From Christensenellales bacterium (GTDB taxonomy: Bacteria > Bacillota > Clostridia > Christensenellales > DTU072): a DNA stretch of 64,000 nt. The translations under genes and the position numbers were made by a program. The notes under the pieces are model-generated. The model was not told the origin of the DNA. It saw only the letters and a program-made list of their open reading frames with translations, and ran no database searches. Below are positions 8,284 through 17,629 of this stretch, in pieces. The DNA lies in contig JBMNTS010000001.1 in the NCBI GenBank assembly GCA_050945855.1, forward strand, positions 21,587-85,586, written 5' to 3'. How positions within the stretch are numbered: position 1 is the first letter of the stretch; each line of letters starts with the position of its first letter.

Positions 8284-9748
8284 TATTTGTTTTTGCCTTC
8301 TTGTACTCAACTCTGGTGTGTTGCTGACTGGGTATAATCTCCACCAAAGTGTCCTCGATAAGCTGTAAATCCTTCAGGGTGATATTGCACTCCCCGAATT
8401 GCCCTTTGTCGATTTTTTCCTTAATCAGGGAGTGTATATACTCCCTGCGCTCCTCGTCGGAATTGCATACTTTGGTGCGCAATGCCGCCTCCACCGTATC
8501 TACCAGCATAATAATGGCGGCGATTTTTGATTGGGGACGGGGTCCGTCATACCTGAAAGCGTCATCACGCAACAGCTTTTCGGTAATGTTCTGCACCTTA
8601 TAGTAAAAATAATTGACAGCGGTCGTGCCGTGGTGCTGCGTTATGATATCTATAAGCTCGGAAGGCAATTTGTATTGGGCTGCCAGTTCCCTGCCGTTTT
8701 TTACGTGGTCCAATATCAGCCTTAGGCTTACCTCAGGGATAAACTCGTCATGAGGATTGACTCCGTCAATCTGATTTTCGGTAAAGAAGTTGGGCTTTTT
8801 CAGCTTGCCTATATCGTGATAGTACCCTCCCGCTCTTGCAAGCATGGGAGATTCCCCGATAACCATCGCGCAGCTTTCCGCGATATTGCCCACCATCAGG
8901 CTATGCGCGTAAGTGCCCGGCGCCTCGTTCATTAAGCGTTTCATTAAGGGCGCTTCCAAGGAGCATAGCTCCGCCAGCAAAAATTTGGTGCTGATTTTAA
9001 AGATACCCTCGTATATGGGCAAAAGCACCCAGAAAAAGCCCATGGAAATAAAGATGGAAGCTATTCCGCTGAATGCCGCTATCAGTATCCCCCTCACCTC
9101 AAATCCGTCAAACATTGCCGACAGCGCGCATATAGCCCCGGAAATGCCCGCAATATACAAGCCGTTAAGGGCAAAACGCCATCTTGTGTGCGATTGTTCA
9201 AACAAGATGCAGAACATCAGCCCGGCTACCGTGGCGGAAAGCAAGCTTGCCACGCTTTCCAGCAGCACTTTGTCCTTTAATACCAATAAATAATAAGAAA
9301 AAACCGCCAATCCTGTCATAGTACTGATAAGGGCGGCGGTTTTTTTATCTACTGTTACGGCTATGAGCATAGCGATTAAGACCACGGGCATTATATACGC
9401 TCCTACCATATACGCGGAGAGTATACATAGTCCAAGCGTTATTCCGAAAGTGGTAAGAATTATGGAAAAATCGCGCTCGATATTGGAAAAACGGTGAAGA
9501 TTGCGGGAAATGTAATAGATGGAGGGCAACAGCAGAAAAATCAATATTCCCATGTATATCAAAGTATATTTTACGTAATCGGAAGGGGAATATCTCAAGG
9601 TCGCCTTAAACGCCAGATAAGTGATAAGGTTTACGGCGCAGGAGGCTATAAAAGCCATTGCCGCCAGTCTGCCGAAATTTTTTGTCAGGAATAGCTTATC
9701 AGCCTTTATATCCGCAATCTCTTTAGAAGATTTTATTCTCTTGTTCAT
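8276..9748 (-). CDS. Membrane HD-domain phosphohydrolase (7TM-HD, PgpH/YqfF-like c-di-AMP phosphodiesterase)
   Basis: Multiple TM helices then EAPGTYAHS, YYHDIGK, FFTENQ, QHHGT, FRYDGPRPQSK; ybeY-adjacent position. Confidence 0.85.
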   Translation of the reverse strand: MNKRIKSSKEIADIKADKLFLTKNFGRLAAMAFIASCAVNLITYLAFKATLRYSPSDYVKYTLIYMGILIFLLLPSIYYISRNLHRFSNIERDFSIILTTFGITLGLCILSAYMVGAYIMPVVLIAMLIAVTVDKKTAALISTMTGLAVFSYYLLVLKDKVLLESVASLLSATVAGLMFCILFEQSHTRWRFALNGLYIAGISGAICALSAMFDGFEVRGILIAAFSGIASIFISMGFFWVLLPIYEGIFKISTKFLLAELCSLEAPLMKRLMNEAPGTYAHSLMVGNIAESCAMVIGESPMLARAGGYYHDIGKLKKPNFFTENQIDGVNPHDEFIPEVSLRLILDHVKNGRELAAQYKLPSELIDIITQHHGTTAVNYFYYKVQNITEKLLRDDAFRYDGPRPQSKIAAIIMLVDTVEAALRTKVCNSDEERREYIHSLIKEKIDKGQFGECNITLKDLQLIEDTLVEIIPSQQHTRVEYKKAKTNNA

Positions 9749-9765
9749 GTCTTTGCCTCGGTTTT

Positions 9766-10890
9766 TTATCCGCTAATTATTTGCTCTACCTCATAGTATA
9801 TATCCAAAACCGTCGTTTTGTCCAGTGTTTTGACAATATACCACTTCCGCTCCACTTTCGCGTCCGCGGGCAAATGGGCCTCAATCTCCCTGTACGCATC
9901 CGCCAGTATGGTCTCCTTTTCCCTCTCAAAATCGAATTGACGCTCTGTCTTTGCCAGTTCGTAATATGTGACCTGCTCCATCAAAACGGGCAAGGGAGCG
10001 CGCAAAACGGACTTTGTGTTTTCCTGCTCGAATATCTGGTAATCGCACTTAGGCTCAATGTCAAAGAAGAATGAGCGCAGCCCTACCTTGCGCTCCGACT
10101 TCCCCGTCCGTTTTACTTCCACAATAGTATCATTAAAAGTATAGCTTTTAGTATACCAAACTCTGCCATATACATACCCATCAGCGCCAACCTGCACTTT
10201 TATGTCCTGATTGTCCCCCAGCATATAATACGGCTCAATCAAAGTGGCGCCCGCCTTTACGCTGTCCCCGGCTTTGACCTTTGCGCTGCCGCTGAGCACC
10301 ACAACTCTTGTTACCAGTCCGTCGCAAACGCTCACCAACGGCTTGTCCGGAACTATCTCTTTTACGGAAGGCTTGGGCAATTCTTCCAGCACATTGATTT
10401 CTATAAGGTGTCCCCTCAATCTTATATCGCAAAGGGAAACGCCGTCCAAATCGGATATATCTTTTTTTAGTTTTTCTATGTCAATTTTCTTTTTCGCTAT
10501 GGGAAATTTTACCGAATTATCCGCCAATACCCCCTCAACGGAAGCCGCATTTACCCTGTTTAAGCCGTAAATTTTCACATCCATACTGTAAAGAGAATAA
10601 ATACATACCCCGCAAACCAGCACGATTACGCTTATCCATACGGCAAAACGCCTGAACATCTCTTGGGCAAAATGCGAAATGCCGCTCCTTGCGGTTATTT
10701 CGTATTCCCTGTTATAGCCTTTTAATATATTGACAGTCTTTTTGCTGTCCGCTTCGCTTACCGCAAAAGAAACATAATTGTTTTCCTTTTCGATATCACT
10801 TAGCTTTACGCCTTCGCGGGCAAGCAGATTAATAACATAAGCAGGTGAACTTTTTACCTTAAAACAAGTGCAGCTCCTTATTTTTTTCAT
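9766..10890 (-). CDS. yqfD: Sporulation protein YqfD (SpoIV)
   Basis: One TM then DGLVTRVVVLSG..VKAGDSVKAGATLI, ADGYVYGRVWY; follows a yqfC-like gene. Confidence 0.85.
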   Translation of the reverse strand: MKKIRSCTCFKVKSSPAYVINLLAREGVKLSDIEKENNYVSFAVSEADSKKTVNILKGYNREYEITARSGISHFAQEMFRRFAVWISVIVLVCGVCIYSLYSMDVKIYGLNRVNAASVEGVLADNSVKFPIAKKKIDIEKLKKDISDLDGVSLCDIRLRGHLIEINVLEELPKPSVKEIVPDKPLVSVCDGLVTRVVVLSGSAKVKAGDSVKAGATLIEPYYMLGDNQDIKVQVGADGYVYGRVWYTKSYTFNDTIVEVKRTGKSERKVGLRSFFFDIEPKCDYQIFEQENTKSVLRAPLPVLMEQVTYYELAKTERQFDFEREKETILADAYREIEAHLPADAKVERKWYIVKTLDKTTVLDIYYEVEQIISG

Positions 10891-11153
10891 GATTCCACCC
10901 TCTCTACTTTTATTATTTTCCCTTTAATAAAAAGCTCGGAATCGTTTAATTCCGCAACTTTCAGTTTTTCGCCCATAATTTGCAAGGAGCCTTTTTTCAA
11001 TCGGGCGATAACCTCGTTTTCGCCATAGCTTACTATCCCCTTATGCCCTTCCAGCAGCGCGCCTTGCCCGTCAAGCAAAGTAAATTTCCAACCCCCTATC
11101 GCGTCCTCCGGCTTTAGCCCGATTTTAAGGATCATTTCATTAAAAAAGCTCAT
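10887..11153 (-). CDS. yqfC: YabP/YqfC family sporulation protein
   Basis: 88 aa, LEGHKGIVSY, IMGEKLKV, FIKGKI; ATGA overlap with yqfD. Confidence 0.85.
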   Translation of the reverse strand: MSFFNEMILKIGLKPEDAIGGWKFTLLDGQGALLEGHKGIVSYGENEVIARLKKGSLQIMGEKLKVAELNDSELFIKGKIIKVERVES

Positions 11154-11158
11154 ATAAA

Positions 11159-11187
11159 AATATATGAGCCTTCAAAAAATATTATTC
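11159..11187 (-). promoter_or_regulatory. sigmaE-like promoter of yqfCD
   Basis: GAATAAT-14 bp-CATATATT, 5 nt before the ATG; fits the sigmaE consensus spacing. Confidence 0.65.
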
Positions 11188-11203
11188 ATTTGCCCTTTTT
11201 GCT

Positions 11204-12559
11204 TTAATCCGCGCTCTTGATTACCTGGTCCATGCTTTCTTCAAAGCGCACAAATTCGCCGTGCCAGTTGAATCTGACGGCAAACAGCGCGCCGTTGCGG
11301 TGCTTTTCCACGTTAAGTATTACGGGACTGGTCTTGTCGTCCTCATCTTCCCTTGTCAAAAACGCGACTATGTCCGCGTCCTGCTCTATTGCGCCCGAAG
11401 CGCGCAAATCGCTTAGCTTGGGGGACTTGTCCTTGCGGTTTTCTATGCCGCGCGACATCTGGGATATAGCGATAACGGGCACGTCAAGCTCCCTTGCTAT
11501 GACCTTCATCATTCTGCTTATATCGCTTATTTCCTGCTCCTGAGTTTCGTTTTGCTTTTTCCTTTCTCCCGTCATAAGCTGCAGATAGTCCACGATAATT
11601 AAATCCAGCCCTCCGACAACGCTTGCCAGCCTGCGGCATTTTGCCAGAATTTCGCCCGCCTTGACCATGGAGCCGTCATCTATGTAAACCTGGGATTCGG
11701 TAATCTTTTGGTGCGCTTTCCAAAGTTTGCCCATGCCCTCCTGCATAATCTCTCCTTTGGAGATAGCTTCCATTTCTATCCCGCCTATATTGGAGATTAT
11801 CCTTTGGGCAAGCTGAATTGCGGGCATTTCCAAAGAAAAAATCGCTATATTCTTTTTGGCTTCGCTTTTAATTATATTAGCGACAAAGTTTAAGGCTAAG
11901 GTGGTTTTACCCACGGAAGGTCTTGCCGCGAGAATTATTAAATCCCCCCTTTGCAGACCGTTGGTCATTCTGTCAACGATTTTAAAGCCTGTCTGCAATC
12001 CGCGGTAAGCGAATTTGTCCTTTACCATTTCGCTTAGCTTGTTCATCAGCGCGGAGCTTGCCTTTTCGATATGCTCCAAATCTTTTTTGGTATGCGATTT
12101 GCCTATCTCGTAAATAAGTTTTTCCGCGGTTTGCAATACCGAGTCCGCGTCCGGGGAAGAATATGCCTGCTTGATAATTTCGTTGCAGGAAGCAATAAGT
12201 CTGCGCAGGGTATAATCCCGCCTTAATATGTGTATGTACTCCGAGTAAAGGGCGCTGGATACCAGATTGTCCGCAAGCGAAGTCAGATATTCCAGAGTGT
12301 TTTCATTGGCCTTTTGAGTGCGTTCCAGCAAGTCGTTGACCGTGACAAGGTCGATATTGCCGCCCTTTTTCTTTATGCTCAGCATTGCGGAAAAAACAGA
12401 GCGGTTGATATCGTTGTAAAAAATTTCCTCGTCAAGTCCCTCGATTACGCTGTCCGCGACATATTTGTCTATCAGAAAGCAGCCTAAAAGAGATTTCTCC
12501 GCATCGTAATTGTTAGGTAATTGCTTGATATCTCTTATCGCTTGTATTTCTTCTGCCAT
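11204..12559 (-). CDS. dnaB: Replicative DNA helicase DnaB (DnaC in Bacillus nomenclature)
   Basis: LPNNYDAEKSLLG, AARPSVGKT, FSLEM, IVDYLQLM, SQMSR, IEQDADIV, KHRNG. True start likely ATG 12559 (TAATG overlap with upstream stop), not 12646. Confidence 0.93.
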   Translation of the reverse strand: MAEEIQAIRDIKQLPNNYDAEKSLLGCFLIDKYVADSVIEGLDEEIFYNDINRSVFSAMLSIKKKGGNIDLVTVNDLLERTQKANENTLEYLTSLADNLVSSALYSEYIHILRRDYTLRRLIASCNEIIKQAYSSPDADSVLQTAEKLIYEIGKSHTKKDLEHIEKASSALMNKLSEMVKDKFAYRGLQTGFKIVDRMTNGLQRGDLIILAARPSVGKTTLALNFVANIIKSEAKKNIAIFSLEMPAIQLAQRIISNIGGIEMEAISKGEIMQEGMGKLWKAHQKITESQVYIDDGSMVKAGEILAKCRRLASVVGGLDLIIVDYLQLMTGERKKQNETQEQEISDISRMMKVIARELDVPVIAISQMSRGIENRKDKSPKLSDLRASGAIEQDADIVAFLTREDEDDKTSPVILNVEKHRNGALFAVRFNWHGEFVRFEESMDQVIKSAD

Positions 12560-13365
12560 TATTGCATCCTTTTCCTTTTTGCCAACGCTATCATAAGCGG
12601 GATAAACGCCACCGCAAAGCCCGCAAGCGCGGCGCCCGCGTACCATATTTCCGTATTGGGTATACGCCTTGTTATCTCCAGCGCGTCGGAGTTGTTGTTG
12701 ATATCCATCAATATCTGATGATAGTAAATCGCTTCTTCCTCGGAAAAATACTTTTCCGTCGCGGTGGAATCCAGAACCTCGTTGGAATACGGAGTGCCCA
12801 AAGCATACTCAAACAAAACGTTCTCCAGTCCGATGCCGTAATCCTGCAGCCTGTTAAGCGTGTATCCTATTATGTTTTCCTCCTCCAATATATCCGGCGT
12901 CATATCTTTAAAGATGTTATCGCTTTCGTAAGTAACGTAACTGTACAGCAAGCCCTTTTCTGACACAGTCATAACCCTGTCATCCTCTTCCACGCTGTAA
13001 CCGTCTATGCCATTGGCTATATAGTAATCGGTATATGAATCAAAGGTCAACTCCGCCGTAAGTTCATTCTCCGTCCACGCGATTTCATATCCCATGGAAG
13101 AAAACGCTTGCGCGATATCTCCCAAAGGCTCCGCGATTTGGCTGTCGGGATTCTGCACCAAGGCAAGATAGGCGGGAGTGGCAATATAGTCCTCGTCCAG
13201 CGATATCTTGAACCGAAAGACCGGGCTGTTGTTGAGAGTGGTAATATTGGCAAAAGAAAATTTGGCGTAATACACCCCCTCCAATTCCTCCTCTTGGGCA
13301 TACGCCGCGCCTGTAAGCGGAATAAAAAGGACAAAAATCAATAAGAATAAAAAGGCTTTTTTCAT
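12559..13365 (-). CDS. Hypothetical secreted/membrane-anchored acidic protein
   Basis: Signal peptide MKKAFLFLLIFVLFIPLTGAAYA, acidic body, C-terminal hydrophobic helix plus KRKR tail; coupled to pepF and dnaB. Confidence 0.75.
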   Translation of the reverse strand: MKKAFLFLLIFVLFIPLTGAAYAQEEELEGVYYAKFSFANITTLNNSPVFRFKISLDEDYIATPAYLALVQNPDSQIAEPLGDIAQAFSSMGYEIAWTENELTAELTFDSYTDYYIANGIDGYSVEEDDRVMTVSEKGLLYSYVTYESDNIFKDMTPDILEEENIIGYTLNRLQDYGIGLENVLFEYALGTPYSNEVLDSTATEKYFSEEEAIYYHQILMDINNNSDALEITRRIPNTEIWYAGAALAGFAVAFIPLMIALAKRKRMQ

Positions 13366-15134
13366 AATTCCTCCCTCAATTTTGCCAATGCGTCCTCAAA
13401 TTCCGCAAAAGCATTTTCAAACACTTTATTCTGGGTAAGGTCAATCCCTACTATTTTTAATATTTCCAGAGGGTCCATGCTTCCGCCGGCAGATAAAAAT
13501 CTGCGGTATTTCTCCCCCACCTCTCCGCTTTTGTCCGAAAAAATTTCTCTTGCTATGCTTACCGCGCTGATTAGACCCGTTGCGTACTTATAAACATAAA
13601 ATGCGGTGTAAAAATGCGGTATTCTTGTCCATTCGTATTTTATATAGTCGTCATATACGGGCGCGGACCCGTAGTATTGCTTGTTGAGATTGAAATAAAA
13701 CTCGTTGAGTTTGTCTTTGGTTACGGGTTCGCCCTTCTCCACGCTCTCGTGAGCGAATTTTTCAAATTCAGCAAACTTCGTTTGTCTGAAAACGGTGGTG
13801 CGGAACATATCCAGATAGTAGCTTAACAGAAACTTTTTATCCTCGCCCTGCGCGCCTTCCAGCAAATACTTCAACAGCAGCGTTTCGTTGACCGTGCTGG
13901 CGATTTCCGCAAGAAAAATCTCATACCCCGCCTTTTCGTAGCACTGGCTTTGGTTGGAATAATAAGAATGCATGGCATGCCCCAACTCGTGCGCTATGGT
14001 AAAAACGTCGTGAGCGGTCTTTTTGTAATTGAGCAATACGTAAGGATGAACGTCATAGCTTGACCATGAATACGCCCCGCTCCTCTTATTGACAGTCTCC
14101 TCGACATCTATCCACCCTTCCGAATATGCCCGCTCCAGCACCCTGCAGTAATCTTCGCCAAGCGGCGCTAGCGCCTGCTTAACCAGGGCAAAAGCCTCGT
14201 CATAATCCAAGTGCAGCTTAGCTTCCTTGCTGATGGGCAGATACATATCGTACATGTGGTAATTTTTCAGCCCCAACGCCTCTTTTCTGAGAGCGATATA
14301 TTCGTGCAGCTTGGGCAGATTGGCTTTGACGTTGTTTATCAGATTGTCATATACTTTGGTATCTATTACCTCGGTATACAATGCCTGGTGCATAGCGGAA
14401 GCGTAGCCTCGCACCTTAGCCTGCATGCAATTCTTTTTCACATTGCCCGCATAAATAGCGGTAAGGGTATTGACCATACCTTCAAACGCCTTATACATTG
14501 ATTTGAAAGCGTCCCTGCGCACACGCTGAGAAGGATTCTGCATCAGCTCGGCGTAATTGCCGTGGCTCATTTTTATTTTGCTGCCCTCTTCGTCCTTTAC
14601 GTCCGAAAATTTTATGTCCGCGTTGTTAAACATGGAAAAAATATTCTTAAATTCCACGCTGAAAGAGTGCATAGCCGCCAATAGCTTTTCTTCGGAATAG
14701 GATAAAATATGTTTTTTGTTTCTGATTACCGAAAGGAGCACACGGTCAAAATCGGCAAATTCCGGTTTTTGACGCAATGACTGCAATTCCTGCTCGCTGA
14801 AAGCCGCCAATTCCACATTGATAAAGGAAATTGCCTGATAGTAATCCACCATCAGCATTTTTATCCTTTCCGCTCTTTGCTGGCTTTGCGGCAAAGCGGT
14901 ATTCTCATCTAATTTGAGAAAGGTATACATATACACTCTTTCCAGAATGCGGCTGATTTCGGACTGTTTTTTCAAGCAGGCAAGCGCGTTATCCAAAGTA
15001 AGCTTGCCTTCCCATTCCTTCAGACTGTTTAGCCCTTCCATAATCTCGGCAAAAAGCCTCTCATAATGCGCTTCGTCGCTGATAAGAGGTTTTAAGTCCC
15101 ATTTTCTGTTCTCTTTAACCTGATTCCTTTCCAA
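13362..15134 (-). CDS. pepF: Oligoendopeptidase F (M3B)
   Basis: KRSGAYS, HPYVLLNY, HELGHAMHS, AEIASTVNE, RIPHFY, FYVYKYATG. Likely TTG start at 15134 after a GGTGGAG RBS; the ORF-track start 15176 lies inside the promoter (TTGACT-17-TATTAT). Confidence 0.95.
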   Translation of the reverse strand: MERNQVKENRKWDLKPLISDEAHYERLFAEIMEGLNSLKEWEGKLTLDNALACLKKQSEISRILERVYMYTFLKLDENTALPQSQQRAERIKMLMVDYYQAISFINVELAAFSEQELQSLRQKPEFADFDRVLLSVIRNKKHILSYSEEKLLAAMHSFSVEFKNIFSMFNNADIKFSDVKDEEGSKIKMSHGNYAELMQNPSQRVRRDAFKSMYKAFEGMVNTLTAIYAGNVKKNCMQAKVRGYASAMHQALYTEVIDTKVYDNLINNVKANLPKLHEYIALRKEALGLKNYHMYDMYLPISKEAKLHLDYDEAFALVKQALAPLGEDYCRVLERAYSEGWIDVEETVNKRSGAYSWSSYDVHPYVLLNYKKTAHDVFTIAHELGHAMHSYYSNQSQCYEKAGYEIFLAEIASTVNETLLLKYLLEGAQGEDKKFLLSYYLDMFRTTVFRQTKFAEFEKFAHESVEKGEPVTKDKLNEFYFNLNKQYYGSAPVYDDYIKYEWTRIPHFYTAFYVYKYATGLISAVSIAREIFSDKSGEVGEKYRRFLSAGGSMDPLEILKIVGIDLTQNKVFENAFAEFEDALAKLREEL

Positions 15135-15200
15135 TGCTCCACCCTTTATGCTTGCGTTATTTCCATAATACACCATTCTATATCAATAGTCAATAAAAGC

Positions 15201-15230
15201 AAAAGCGCCTGAACTGCTTTGGGCGCTTTA
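15201..15230 (-). terminator. Probable intrinsic terminator
   Basis: AAAGCGCC...GGCGCTTT stem followed by a T-rich tract on the minus strand. Confidence 0.5.
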
Positions 15231-15266
15231 TTTCTTGTTTTGGGGTAAAACGGATATTTATTATAC

Positions 15267-15875
15267 TTAATCTTCTAATCTGCCCATTTCAAAATAATAG
15301 CTCATTCTGCCGGGCTTTGTCTGAACGGAAGCAAGCATGCCGTAGGAGACCACGCCTATACCGGCGGCAAGCGCTGCCCACTCAAATCCCGCGTTGAGAT
15401 TTACCGTTGTGCCTATCTGGAGGACTACCGAAACCAGCATAATGGCAATTGCGGAACTGATAAAAGCATACTTCGCGTTTTTAGTAAAGGCCAAAGCCGC
15501 GAGCCCCGCGAAAATCGCGTAAACAAAGTTCAAATCGCCAAAAAAAGCGTTGCCGAACAGATTCGCAAGCGCGATACCACCGTATATTATACCCGCCAAT
15601 ATAATGGAAATCAGAAAGGCGATCCCTCTGTTGGAAGGCTTGCCTTTAAATAAGAAAGCATAAAAGCAATAGCCGTAAAATAAGATTACCCCGACCCTGA
15701 AAGATACTATACCGGCTATTGTTACAGTGGGAATGAAATTCAGCAGGACAACAAGAGCTAATAAGATAAAAGCAGCTATTGACCCCATTCTGAAGTCTTT
15801 GAGCGCCCTTGAGGATAGCCCGAGAAGTACTAATACCGCCAAAACTATTAATGTTACTAAACTAACAATCGTCAT
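15267..15875 (-). CDS. Hypothetical polytopic membrane protein
   Basis: 202 aa, almost entirely hydrophobic (about 6-7 TM); GAGGT RBS. Confidence 0.7.
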   Translation of the reverse strand: MTIVSLVTLIVLAVLVLLGLSSRALKDFRMGSIAAFILLALVVLLNFIPTVTIAGIVSFRVGVILFYGYCFYAFLFKGKPSNRGIAFLISIILAGIIYGGIALANLFGNAFFGDLNFVYAIFAGLAALAFTKNAKYAFISSAIAIMLVSVVLQIGTTVNLNAGFEWAALAAGIGVVSYGMLASVQTKPGRMSYYFEMGRLED

Positions 15876-15930
15876 AAAATTACCTCACTTATTATTTAAC
15901 TTGTGAAGCTTGTCGGGTTTTATGCAATCG

Positions 15931-16473
15931 TCAGAAATTTTTTAATTTGGAAGGCAAATAACGATAAATCAAAAGGGCGGAAAACGCCTTGAGCGCTTCC
16001 GCGGGGATAAAGGGGAGGACGAGCAAACTAAACAGCTTGCCGATTTCCTGCGTTGCTCCCTGTACTTTTGTCACTATTACGTAATAATATAGCATGCCGA
16101 AAACAAGCTGGGGAATAATGCCCGCCGCCATTGCTAGAATGCCGCTTTTGGCTTTGAGCGCGCTTATTGTATACGCCATTAGGGGCAAATATATAATATA
16201 TCCGAAAGTATGATAAAGCGCATAGGAAAAACCGCCGCCCGCCGTAAAAACAGGCAAGCCCGCAAGCCCTAAGAAAACATAGAGCGCCTGTGATACAACC
16301 GCCTCCCTGCGCGGGAGCAGCAAGCCCGCAATCATACACGCCAGCGTCTGCAGGGTAAAGGGTACGATAAAGGCTATCCTTACAAAAGAAAGCCCTACGG
16401 TTACGGCGGTCATAAGCCCTATGCGGGCAAGAGCTTTGGTGTCAATCGCCGGCGTTTTCATTGTCGGGGTCAT
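15931..16473 (-). CDS. bioY: Biotin ECF S-component BioY
   Basis: VPFTLQT, YVFLGLAGLPVFTAGGG, TFGYI, LPFIPAEALK. Confidence 0.9.
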   Translation of the reverse strand: MTPTMKTPAIDTKALARIGLMTAVTVGLSFVRIAFIVPFTLQTLACMIAGLLLPRREAVVSQALYVFLGLAGLPVFTAGGGFSYALYHTFGYIIYLPLMAYTISALKAKSGILAMAAGIIPQLVFGMLYYYVIVTKVQGATQEIGKLFSLLVLPFIPAEALKAFSALLIYRYLPSKLKNF

Positions 16474-17629
16474 TTGCTTCTTTGCCGTTTATGATTTCAA
16501 GCAGGATTTCGTTAAGGCGGCTTTGCGGCTCCGCGGCCTTTGCCGCCCTGATATGGTTTAATCTGTCGTCGTATTTTTTGTTATCCTCGATAAAATGCAG
16601 GATGTTGCGCTTTAACTGCGCGATGTCTTTGCAGGGCACAATTATGTCGTACCCTAAATAGTCTTGCGTGTGCCGCTCTTCCGTGCCTGTGGCAAAAATA
16701 CCGAACACAATCTTTTCCATATATATAATGGGGGCGATAACGGATGCCTGCGGCCTTGCTACCGCCATATCGCACAATCCTACCGCAACGGGGACATCCT
16801 CCTCCCCCACCACGCGTATCCAAGGCTTGTACAGCTCTTCCGCAAATCTTTCCAACCTTTGATTTTGTCCGCAGTATATGAGGATATTGACCTTGTCGCC
16901 CAATCCGATATCCGCAAGCACCTTTTTGAAGCGTTCGTCGCCCAGGGAGCCGGTATGAATAAATACGGAAGGCTTGTCATCCAACTCAAATTGCTTAAGC
17001 GCGTCCTCTCTTGAAAGCTGTTTTTCCGACGCGGGGCTTACGGGGACGGGAGAAGTAAAGATTTTCTCCTCATTTATGCCGTAAGCGATAAATTGTTGCT
17101 TGATATCGTAATTGTCCACGATAAGAAAATCCGCCTGCTTTACGGCAAATCTCTTATCGGGATAATATCCGTCTATCAATGCCCCCGCAATAAAGTGACC
17201 TTTGACATATTCGCGGTACGCGCACGCTCCCTTCAGCGCCTCCGGACTTAAGCACAATATTAGGTCGGGGTTGTAGCGCAAAATCGCGTTCTTAATCTTA
17301 TTGTGCAGCGGCATCTTTTTATAATAGGCAAGACTCTCTCTTTTGGGTAAAGGCAGTATGGACAGCGCGTTTCTGGCGGCGGAAGAAAGGACGTTTTGCG
17401 CCTTTTTCAAACCTATATACTTGTTGAGAAATTCGTCGATAACCTGCTCAAATACCGAACTGAATCTGTCGCCGCATACGGTTATCGCGGCAAAGTCCTG
17501 CGTTGAGAGGCGTTCGCTTATAATATTACCGCACTCGCAGTCCTTGCGTAAATCCAGTATAAGGACGGTCTTTTTTTTGTCCGCTTGCTTTTTTTCCTGC
17601 TCAACGGCCTTACTTCTATTCCCTTCCAT
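16442..17629 (-). CDS. MGDG synthase/UgtP-like glycosyltransferase, divergent
   Basis: YNPDLILC, YGINEEKI..SPVPV, HTGSLG, IYCGQNQRL recall GT28/MGDG synthases; key motifs degenerate. Confidence 0.55.
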   Translation of the reverse strand: MEGNRSKAVEQEKKQADKKKTVLILDLRKDCECGNIISERLSTQDFAAITVCGDRFSSVFEQVIDEFLNKYIGLKKAQNVLSSAARNALSILPLPKRESLAYYKKMPLHNKIKNAILRYNPDLILCLSPEALKGACAYREYVKGHFIAGALIDGYYPDKRFAVKQADFLIVDNYDIKQQFIAYGINEEKIFTSPVPVSPASEKQLSREDALKQFELDDKPSVFIHTGSLGDERFKKVLADIGLGDKVNILIYCGQNQRLERFAEELYKPWIRVVGEEDVPVAVGLCDMAVARPQASVIAPIIYMEKIVFGIFATGTEERHTQDYLGYDIIVPCKDIAQLKRNILHFIEDNKKYDDRLNHIRAAKAAEPQSRLNEILLEIINGKEANDPDNENAGD

